NCBI RefSeq assembly: GCF_006345805.1
Contig: NC_042999.1
Span: 139,438,001 to 139,502,000, forward strand
From: Octopus sinensis
Taxonomy: Eukaryota
Direction: 5' to 3'
DNA: 64,000 nt
Shown: in pieces, positions 38,960 to 64,000 of the stretch
How the letters are laid out: each line of letters begins with the position of its first letter
Numbering within the stretch: position 1 is the stretch's first letter
Notes under the pieces: generated by a model
The model's database searches: none
What the model was told of the DNA's origin: nothing
What the model saw: the letters and a program-made list of their open reading frames with translations, nothing else
Made by a program: the position numbers and the translations under genes

Positions 38960-41460
38960 TTTGCGTGGGTATTATTCTGAGTCCCTTGTAATAGTGTCAT
39001 TTGTGGTGGACGCATTCAAAAAGGGGTTTATATTTTGTGATAAAGTGTGACTCTTTACTATTGCGCTGACTACAGGTTGCACCATCCCTAAATTGATAGA
39101 CGGGAAAAATTCTGAAGCTGGGTTGTTTGTTATTGGCGTAAATTTCGATGTGTTCGCTGAATGCTGTTTTTCTGTATTTCCGAATTCTGATCTGGGATCT
39201 ATGTAGAGCCATCCTTTGACGTAGACTATTTTTGGTTTGGCCTATGTATTGCTCTCGACACCCAGAACAAGTTAATACATATATCAGGTTCTCCGAAGCA
39301 CATGTGAAGTTACTTTTCACTGTGAAACGTTGACCCTGTTTGAAAGAGAACTCTGAGTCCTCAATTAGGTTGACGCATATACCACAGCTAGGTCTTCTGC
39401 ATGTTTTACTGACGGCTTCAGTGTTGTTGTCGAGCGTACTTGGGCTTGTGTTACGAGACTTTTCATAGATTTGCGCTGTCTTTTGCTCTTTATGATGGTG
39501 TGCGTTAAATTCATTCTGTGGTCCCTTTTTAGAAGGGGAATGTTCTGGAAGATGATGTCGAAGGCTTCATTATTAAGAGGGTTGTGTGTGGAGATGTATG
39601 GTAGGGCTTTTGGTTGTAAATCCTTCTTTAATTTGGGATGCCTAGGTTCGTGGATGTTGAGTTGTAGGGCACGTTGAAAGCATATATTAATTAGTGAGTA
39701 GTTCCTGGTAATGAATGTATCCTTCAGTTCATGTAGTCGTATATTCCTGGTGTTTGTATTAGAAACTACAGTACAAATCCCTTTTGCTAAGTTGAAAGGG
39801 ATATTCATTCTGATGTGTCTGGGGTGACATGAGTTGAACGGTAGATATTTCTTGGAGTCTGTGGGCTTATAGTATATATGTGTTTCTATATAGTTATTAG
39901 ATTTCTTGATGAAGATGTCGAGGAATGGAAGTTGTTAATGGCTATATTCCATCGTAAATTGAACGTTTACGTCCATTTATAAATGCTTGAAATTCTTCAT
40001 GTCTCTCTATACTTTCATGCCAAAGAAGGAAACAGTCATCCAGACACCTCTTCCAGTTATTTTCTACGTAGAAGGAGAATGGGTTACCGTATTTTTCTAG
40101 TACCTTGCGATAAAGACTGATTTCTAGATATCCTATGACTAGCAAAGGAGGGGGCCATTCTCGTACCCATCGCAGTCCCCAATTTTTGTCGATAGAAGTT
40201 GTCTTTGGAGACAAAGCAGTTATTCTCCAAGATGAATTTTAGCCCTTCTATTACCAATTCTTTTTTGATGCGATATGGGAGTTCATTGGCGTAATTCTCT
40301 AGCCAGAACTGAACTGCCTCTATTCCTAGGCTGTGGGGATATTAGAATAGAGGTTGATTACATCAAAGGATACTAGTAGGGCGTTTTTGTATATTATTTT
40401 AGGGAGGTGATTGAGCATATCTAGGTCGTCCTTTATGTAGCTTTTGCTATGCTTGGGGAATGGTTTTAAGAGGGTATCTAAAAAGATACTGAGGCGGTGG
40501 GTTTCGCATGCGGAACCTGCCATTATAGGTCTCGATTTAAGGTCATTGGGAGTAAGGACATTGATTATTATGTCTGTGGCTATCCTGCATGCGTTACTTA
40601 TTTTCTCACTTTTGTGTATCTTAGGAATACTGTAGAATTGACTGGATTTACTTTTGAAGTTGGTCATATTCCTTGTCGGTGAGCTCTTATCTGTAAAGGT
40701 TTAACATAGATTTTAGGTTTCTCGTTATTTTCTGCTGACTGTAGTGTTGGACCTTTTCATAAAATGTTGTGTCTTCTTATATAGATAGTACTAGAGTTAT
40801 ATAGTATACCGTATCCATTAAAACAACTGCACTCCCTTTATCAGCATCTTTGATTGTTATTGTTTTATCATCTTTTAATCTGTTCAGCTCAGCCCATTCT
40901 TTTTTGCTGATGTTTGGCTTGTGTTTTTCTTTGTGTATATGTTGATATGGGTCATTCGAGATGTATTCACAGAAATGGTCAAGAGTTTTGTTCTTACCTT
41001 TTGAAGAGGTGTCGTTATTTCTATTTCGGACTAACGATTCGTCCTCGTTGTATTTGTCGTATAGTTCCTCAGCGAATCGTAATTTTGTACAGAATTCCAC
41101 GATGTCTTCTTTCATTTCGTTATAGTTAGGTCGTTGGGGGGTAGGTGTAAACTTGAGCCCTTTGGAGAGTATGTTGATTTGGTTTGCTGTTAGTTCTTTG
41201 TGTGTTAGATTGATAATTCTTATCACATCTGGTTCCTCCTGTCTGTCTGGCTCTATCTCATGTCTCTTTGTTTGCTTATTGGGTCTAAAAAGTGATTGAG
41301 GTGACTGGGCCGGTAGCTGTTATGTAGTTATTCCTTGTTGTTGTGGAGTGCCCTGTTGTGATATATGGTGCGTGTTCTTAGAAGGGTATTGAAAGGTGTG
41401 TCCCTATATCCATGTTCAGATGTGGTGTTTTACGGGGTCGTCGTTGGTAATTATTACGTG
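38960..41460 (-). mobile_element. Penelope-like retroelement, Neptune-type (RT, C-x3-C-x2-C linker, GIY-YIG endonuclease), frameshifted
   Basis: ILSKGLKFTPTP, FYSIPKIHK, RPIMAG, LVSFDVINLYSNIP, CLDDCF, KTCRRPSCGIC (alternative frame), NLIYVLTCSGCREQYIGQTKNSLRQRMALH. Confidence 0.92.
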
Positions 41461-41529
41461 TGGTACGGGTTTGTTGATATATATATATATATTATACATA
41501 TATGTATATATATTATACATATATATATC

Positions 41530-41805
41530 GTGAGGTTGTGAGCTCGAATCCCGGACCGGGCTGCGTGTTGTGTTCTTGAGCAAAACACTTTATTTCACAT
41601 AGAAATGAGTTGCGACGTCACGGGTACCAAGCTGTATCGGCTGCTGCTTTTCCCTTCACTGGTGGCGTGGAGAGGGGAGGGGAGGCCGTTATGCATGGGC
41701 GACTGCTGGTCTTCCATAAAACCACCTTGCCCAGACTTGTAACTAGGAGGGTAACTTTCTAGGTGCAATCCCATGGTCAGTGTCGTGACCGAAGGGGGTC
41801 ACGAT
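41530..41805 (+). mobile_element. tRNA-type SINE, family C
   Basis: gttgtgttcttgagcaaaacactttatttcac shared with 44600-44900 and 54430-54780. Confidence 0.75.
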
Positions 41806-42034
41806 ATATATTATATATATATACATTATATATATACATTATATATATATATATATATATAATATATTATATATACACACATTATATATATATTATATAT
41901 ATATACAATACATATAATATATATATATATATTATATATATAAAATATATATAATACATACATACATATGTGCATGTATATATATATATATGTGTGCATG
42001 TATGTATATATATATATATATATATATAATATAC

Positions 42035-42155
42035 ACGTTCTGAGTTCGAGTTCCGCAGAGGTCGACTTTGCTCGATAAATAAAGTACCGGATGCGTACTG
42101 AGGTCGATTTAATCGACTGGTCTCCTCCTCAAAAATTATACCTGGAGTAGAAAAG
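42035..42155 (+). mobile_element. SINE family B fragment
   Basis: gttctgagttcgagttccgcagaggtcgactttg. Confidence 0.7.
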
Positions 42156-42321
42156 AATATATATATATATACACACACACATACATATATACTTTTCTAA
42201 CTGTGATCTTATTTTTGATCTTCTATATAAATGAAGATATTTCCTTCGTCTGACTGCTTTTCTTCCTACAAAGCGAGAAGTTACCTTGCGGAACTTTTAT
42301 TTTAACAGCTTGTATCTATTT

Positions 42322-42420
42322 ATCACCCGACGAGATACGTCTGCACCGCCGGATGCTCCTGAACCAGTTGTTGAGTGTCCCACCCAATAGGAATCGATGT
42401 GTCGAAACAATTGTCGTGAT
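42322..42420 (+). ncRNA. Type I hammerhead ribozyme fold (U4C core variant) within a pLTR-like repeat (about 42190-42460)
   Basis: Stem I ATCAC/GTGAT; core CCGACGA; stem II GATACGTC/GATGTGTC; GAAA; stem III AC-AATT-GT; GUC cleavage triplet ending at 42415. Confidence 0.75.
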
Positions 42421-42465
42421 TAATAAATTCTCGTATATTCTATCTTCCGTCTTTCATTTGCCACA

Positions 42466-42552
<87 letters not shown>

Positions 42553-42561
42553 TGTGTGTGC

Positions 42562-42627
<66 letters not shown>

Positions 42628-42639
42628 GTATTTGTATGT

Positions 42640-42830
42640 CTGTGTTTGTCCTCCCACCGTCGTTTGACAACTGATGTTGGTGTGTTTGCTCCCCCGTAAC
42701 TTAGCGGTTCAGCAAGAGACCGATAGAATAAGTACTATGCTTACAAAGAATAAGTCCTGATGCCGATTTGTTCGACTAAAGGCAGTGCTCCAACATGGCC
42801 GCAGTCAAATGACTGAAACAAGTAAGAGAA
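42640..42830 (+). mobile_element. SINE family A, 3' half
   Basis: ccgtaacttagcggttcagcaagagaccgatagaataagtac...cagtcaaatgactgaaacaag. Confidence 0.82.
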
Positions 42831-43416
42831 GAAAAGAATATATATGTATATGTGTATGTATGTATATTTGTATGGTACGTTTGTAAGCGTATATATGTGT
42901 GTATGTGTAGACTTGGACCCCACTAAAGCCGCCAAAAACCCATGAAGTCATGTTAAACAGGACGACGGAATAAGGCTTACTATAACATTCAAAAATGTGA
43001 ATTTATCTTATTTATATTTCTTTCTTAAAGTTAATGCATAAACGAAATATTTGTCAACATCACTAATATCTAATGCACCTTTCCTTATTTAGTTTTTCGT
43101 ACTCAAAGTTATATTCCTTGTGTGAAATTTTTACACAGTGTAGCAGTATTTGATTAATTAGTAGTTTTGATTGGTTTCAATAATTACCAGAGGTATTTTT
43201 CTTTTTCTCTTTTGTAATCTTGCCAAGACCGGTGGGTATTTAACTAGACAATACTCAAAAATTAGTTGTATTATAACATCTAATGACTGAAGCTGAAAGC
43301 AAGAATATGGTGCATCACTTTTTGCGACAAACAAAATTCGTTGTCTGGAGTAAATAAATGCATAAAATATGTTTATTTATTTCAATTTATGTATAATCTG
43401 ACGTATATTCTTTGTA

Positions 43417-43624
43417 CGAGGGGGTGCTGAAAAGTTCCTGGATTTTAGGGTATCGCGAAAGGCATGGTTAGAGGCCCAACCTTCCGAGTTCTTTTACAGG
43501 GCTTAGAAAAACTGAAGGACTGCTGCAATAAGTGTGGGAACCTAAGAGGGGGATATGTTGAATAAAATCATAATTAACTGATCCTCCTGTATTTTCTTTT
43601 TATCCAAAGACAGGAACCCCTTCG
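43417..43624 (+). mobile_element. Mariner-type non-autonomous element with TA target-site duplication
   Basis: TA|CGAGGGGGTGCTGAAAAGTTCC ... GGAACCCCTTCG|TA; retains transposase C-terminus FLQGLEKLKDCCNKCGNLRGGYVE*. Confidence 0.75.
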
Positions 43625-43662
43625 TATGCTATTTTTTTTTACATTGTTATCTAATTTATAAT

Positions 43663-43863
43663 ATGTGAGGTATATTTGCCATCTCAATATGGCTAACCAC
43701 TAAGGGTGGGTGTTACTGTAGCTTGCAGCCCCAGGAGAACATCTCCTCCAGCTGGCTAGTGTGCCTAAAGCCAGCTGGAGGAGATGTTCTCCTGGGGCTG
43801 CAAGCTACAGTAACACCCACCCTTAGTGGTTAGCCATATTGAGATGGCAAATATACCTCACAT
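43663..43863. repeat. Perfect 95-bp inverted repeat with an 11-nt spacer
   Basis: 43663-43757 is the exact reverse complement of 43769-43863. Confidence 0.95.
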
Positions 43864-44599
43864 TGTCGTGCAGTTGCTGTTTATACCTCGTTCAGAGATT
43901 TATTATTAATTTATAATAATTAATAATATAAATTTATCCCAGTTATTAGTGGGCTTTGCTGTATAGTGTATCAATAATTAAATAATCAATTTGCTAACAA
44001 CCTCATTGGCACACAAATTATATTTTCCTTTTTACTGAATCCTAGTTTGTGTTCGATATAAATAGCGATAAACAACTTAAATGTTCGTCGCTACAGGAAG
44101 AGAGTACAGATCAAATAGAGATGAAACTAGAAAAAAATAACCGCCTTCTCTCAAGCTCTCAAATAGATAAAAATGAAAGGCTTTTAGTCACGTTGTTTGC
44201 ATTTTGCAACGGAATAAATTATAGGCATAACTCACATTAAGAATTTCAAATTATGTCATAAAAGCTAATACAAATAAGTCAACTAAGTACGTCGACAGTT
44301 TTGGTATATACGTATGTGTGTGCGTCTGTGTGTGCGCGCGCGCGCGTGTGTGTGTGTGTGTGTGTGTGTGTACACAAGTAGAAATAGGCGTGTTCGTGTA
44401 TGTGAGTGATGCTGGGTGCATTTTCTCGTGGTACCAACATTATTGATGTTGAATGTCCTCAGCAAGGTTAAAGGATTCTCCAATGTTTACGGGGGTTTTT
44501 TTTTTGCCGACCCTTTACAGAGTGTAAAAGGTGTATTTTATCATAACACCAGTATTAGTGAGGTTGTCTTATAACCATCAAAACTAAAAAAAAAAAAGA

Positions 44600-44900
44600 G
44601 TGTGAGGCACATGGCTTAGTGGTTGGGGTGTTATACTCACGACCGCGAGATCGTTGTTTCAATTCTTAAACCGGGTGGTGCGTTATGTTCTTGAGCAAAA
44701 CACTTCATCTCACGTCGCTCTGCGATCACGTCGACACCTGACGCGCGTGCTACACAGTGCATCTGTTCAGACAACGCCAATTTGATGGAAAGAGTGGGCT
44801 AATGTACGGTGGGAACATTTGATCTCTATAAACAAATCATTTGTGCGGGGCATTCGGCAAAAGCTGAATACTCATACGTCGTCTTCGACGGGGGAGTCCA
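44600..44900 (+). mobile_element. tRNA-type SINE, family C
   Basis: ggcttagtggtt A-box-like and gtttcaattc B-box-like motifs. Confidence 0.75.
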
Positions 44901-45082
44901 TCATGTGTAAATGTATATATATATTGATAGATAGACACAGACATATTCATGCTGGAATTAAATAAGCTGGAAATGAAATTTTAACATAGTTAACAAATTT
45001 TATTCTCCACAAATGGAGTCCCACTCTCTTTGTTGTCTTGCTGTTTCCTACAATTTTTTTTATTGAGGTGTGTTATATAAGT

Positions 45083-45136
<54 letters not shown>

Positions 45137-47093
45137 TTATTAACAGTAAAAGACAAAGGACAAATAAACTCGCAAATCCTCTCATCAGCCATGGCGACCA
45201 GACTCAGCATAGTTTCGGTACGTTTAAAGACCAAAGACTTTAAATTCGATTTGTATGTATGTATGATGTATGTGTGGATGCAAGCGTGTATCTCTCTCTC
45301 TCTCTCTCTCTCTCTTCTGAACCATATATTCATATTGTCTCCTTTCTATCTTTTCTCTTGTCAAAGACAATATTTCTCCAGCGTTCTCTACTTTACCTCG
45401 TCTGGCCTAACGGCCGACCGTGTTTGTCTTCGTTTGGTTTGTTATACGTCTCCACTGTCCTGCTTTTGTTACCAACTTTGAACCTCTGCCAATACCAAAT
45501 TTTATTTTGGCTTGCGGGAGCAACTGCTTTTCGAAGTCTCATATTGTCGTTCAATGCTCGGAGTAGATATCAGCCGACAACTGATGAAGGGTTGTTTTTT
45601 ATGTTACTTGTCTTGTTTTCCATTTGTTTCTCTCGTTCTTTGCATACCCAAATTTGTTTTCGTATTTCATATTGTTTTCGTATTTCGTATTGTTTACGTT
45701 TTGTGACGTCCTGTACCCATATATGTATATGTATGTGTGTGTGGGTGGGTGTGTGTATGATGTATGTATTATATGTATATATACATATGTATGTACATAT
45801 ATGCATAGATTTTTTTATTTATATTATTATATGATTGAACGCCATGCAACCATTTCCAAGTAACTTTATATATATATATATATTTTATGACATTTGAGTC
45901 AACAATCTGAGCTTCATGCTTCACGAAAGATATCAAGTTTAGCTTACTCCAAGATCCTCCAATCTTCAAGCTATCTTCAATTATGCTTCAAGGTGGATGT
46001 CGGCAGCATGAGATTTTGTGAGTAAAAGCTGTTACTTGCGAGTAAATACATTTTTGCTTGACAGTGGGGTTGACTTTGAAGTATTTAAACCTAAGTTGCA
46101 CTCCTTGGTCAGTCAGTAATTATTCGGATAATATTTTGTGTATTTCGAAATTGCTTAGATTCTTATAAGTCAGGCTATCTAGGATGTCTGAGTTGGTTGG
46201 TAAGGGATCTGGAAGTGGGTGGCGATATACATGCATTATGTTGGTTCTGTGTATAGGGAAGTGAAAATGAGAGTTTTCTTGATTTATAGGAAAATCAGCT
46301 ACCATGGTGACTTTGCTATGTTGTTAGCTTGATGTAGATGCTATTTTCCAACTGGATAGATAAACTTGTCTTTATGGACACCTCTAGTGAATATCTCTCA
46401 CAAAATCTCATGCTGCCAGCAGCCATCTTGTGGTACAATTGAAAGCAGCCTGAAGATTAGAGAAGAAAGTTGAACTGCCTGGACTAACCTTAGCCAGACG
46501 TTATTAGAACATGAAACTTAAGTAGTTGACTTAAAATTTATAAGATACTGTATATGAAATATTCACAAACACAAATTTATTGAGTTCTTTAACTTACTGA
46601 ATTTAATATCAAATGAACAGTGTGTGTGTGGGGGGTGGGGGGTGCATGTGTGTGGGTGGTGGGTGTGTATGTGTGTGTGTGGGTGTGGTGTGTGCGTGTG
46701 TGCACACTTAAATCACACAAATAACAAGTGTAAGATTATGAGGCAACTAAATAAATAATACATAGAGTTAGACCATCAAAAACAAAGGACTGAAAAAGTG
46801 TAGATATATAAAGCGAAAAGGCAACAATCAAAGAAGTGTGTAATGAAGATAAATATGACTATTGAAAGAAACAGAATCTAATATTTCAAGAGATACTATT
46901 TATCAAAGAAAAGGACTAGTGGCAAGAGAAAAACAAAAACTACATGATACCGAATTTACGATGTCTGTTTACTTCTGACCAATATTTACTCCAGTTTTGT
47001 TAGTATTAAGCAAGTAAGAAACATGATAGAATGCTAGTTTAAAATAAAGTAACTTTCCCAGAAGTTTTCCCAGAATTTATATAAATATATTCA

Positions 47094-47099
47094 TTTATT
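47094..47099 (-). terminator. Candidate polyadenylation signal AATAAA of IQCA1
   Basis: AATAAA on the minus strand about 30 nt after the stop; AT-rich context makes a chance match plausible. Confidence 0.35.
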
Positions 47100-47127
47100 T
47101 ATTATTCTCATCAAAAGCATAAATCAA

Positions 47128-62315
<15,188 letters not shown>

Positions 62316-62879
62316 CTGCAAGGCAATACTAATAACAGTGATTTTTTTTTTTCTACTGACACAAAGTTACAAATTAAGAATATGAGGGTAATATAATCAA
62401 ATCAACCCTTATACTACCATTTTTTTGTAGAAATACACTGCCTTTGCTTCAAATGATTTTTTTTTAATAAAGCATTTTGTTAAATAACTTAGGCATTATT
62501 AAGCCAATGTTGAGAACATGAAATAACAAGAAATTTTATGGAAGATTTTAATTCAAATCACTTTAATTCAAAAAGTTTGTATCACAAAATTATAGGTGGG
62601 TTCAGGTGGGCTGGTATCAAAAAGGTTAATAAACTTCACTAAATGACTAATACATATTTTATTAACTCTGGAAGGACAATAGACCAAACTAGAAAAATCC
62701 TATCCATTTAAATGTCTGTGTTGTATTACATAAAAGTATTTCACTACCTCCTCTCCCCAAGCTTTCAGTCATTCTGTAACATCTCTTATCCTTCACTCAC
62801 TCCAAGACTCCGAGTGTGTCTTGGCAAGTGACTGTAACAAACATGCAGATTAAAAGTAAAAATGGCAATAATAAAAATG

Positions 62880-63040
62880 CTTTCTACTATAGGCACAAGG
62901 CCTGGATTTTTGTGGGGAGGGGGACAGTCGATCACATTGACCCTAGTACTTGACTGTACTTAATTTATCAACCCCGAAAGGATGAAAGGCAAAGTCAACC
63001 TTGGTAGAATTTGAACTGAGAAAGTAAAGACAGATAAAAA
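62880..63040 (-). mobile_element. SINE family B variant
   Basis: accccgaaaggatgaaaggcaaagtcaacc core; ctactataggcacaaggcc tail. Confidence 0.78.
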
Positions 63041-63512
63041 GCCACTAGCTAACCGCATTCATATGACGATGATGATGATGGTGATGGCTTCATACATTAA
63101 TACATGACAACAAAATGTATGGGTAGAGAATAATCAACTGAGTCAACATCTTTACATGACTGAAACTTACTTTATGAAGGTAAATTCAAATGCACAAGAC
63201 TATGAATTCATAATGTAGAGGAACAAATCACAATATTGTAAAGTATTTAATTCAATGTGAGACACTCTGGCTGAGTGGATAGCAGAATCAGTTCAAATTT
63301 GCTGCAAGCATTTTTTTATTTGTTTCATTGGATTTAGAATAAGCACCAAGTTATCTGTGAATCTAAACTGTGATAGACTGAATCCCTGAGCTCTAAACAA
63401 CAACTGTATCAGTCCATCACCCTGCTGTCCATTACTATTACTACTAACAACATACAAGTATAACCACATTCAGGGTTCCAAGGCTTCCTTGAGGCTGACT
63501 GTTTAGTTCTAG

Positions 63513-64000
63513 CTTCATGTTGTTAAGGTAAATCCTTCATGTTGTTAAGATAAATCCTTCATGTTGTTAAGGTAAATCCTTCATGTTGTTAAGATAAAAC
63601 CTTCATGTTGTTAAGATAAAACCTTCATGTTGTTAAGGTAAATCCTTCATGTTGTTAAGGTAAATCCTTCATGTTGTTAAGATAAATCCTTCATGTTGTT
63701 AAGATAAATCCTTCATGTTGTTAAGGTAAATCCTTCATGTTGTTAAGATAAATCCTTCATGTTGTTAAGATAAATCCTTCATGTTGTTAAGATAAATCCT
63801 TCATGTTGTTAAGATAAATCCTTCATGTTGTTAAGATAAAACCTTCATGTTGTTAAGATAAAACCTTCATGTTGTTAAGGTAAATCCTTCATGTTGTTAA
63901 GGTAAATCCTTCATGTTGTTAAGATAAATCCTTCATGTTGTTAAGATAAATCCTTCATGTTGTTAAGATAAATCCTTCATGTTGTTAAGGTAAATCCTTC
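63513..64000 (+). repeat. 22-bp minisatellite cttcatgttgttaag(g/a)taaa(t/a)c, at least 22 copies, running off the window
   Basis: Head-to-tail units without spacers. Confidence 0.97.

Noticed and set aside
45170-45240. Minus-strand GAAA...GUC...CTGATGA as a type II hammerhead
   Set aside because: Stem III can be drawn, but stems I and II do not pair in the required register.
45560-45620. CTGATGAAGG as a hammerhead core
   Set aside because: No stem II closure or GAAA downstream.
63513-64000. CRISPR-like array
   Set aside because: Units are contiguous without unique spacers, there are no cas genes, and the context is a eukaryotic intron.

Overview
AT-rich, repeat-dense eukaryotic genomic DNA. 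The SINE families and LINE spectrum suggest a coleoid cephalopod, probably Octopus (inference). One host gene is supported: the last eight coding exons of IQCA1/DRC11 (IQ- and AAA-domain dynein regulatory complex subunit) on the minus strand, 47128-62315, with GT-AG introns and consistent phases. Its 5' exons lie beyond the window. The rest is a mosaic of decayed mobile elements: two CR1-clade LINEs, R4/Dong LINEs, an L1/Tx1 fragment, three Penelope-like (GIY-YIG) remnants, Helitron and hAT fossils, piggyBac- and mariner-type MITEs and many tRNA-type SINEs, plus micro- and minisatellites. Most listed ORFs are translations of simple repeats. The most notable items are: a near-complete type I hammerhead ribozyme fold with a branched stem-II insertion (42322-42420); minimal hammerhead-like modules near 2.7-3.2 kb; a GC-rich nested fold-back element (8985-9647); a perfect 95-bp palindrome (43663-43863); a covarying 3' stem-loop shared by the SINEs and both CR1 LINEs; and a degenerate 21-bp heptad repeat in an IQCA1 intron. 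There is no CRISPR array and no true rRNA or tRNA gene. Repeat boundaries are approximate.
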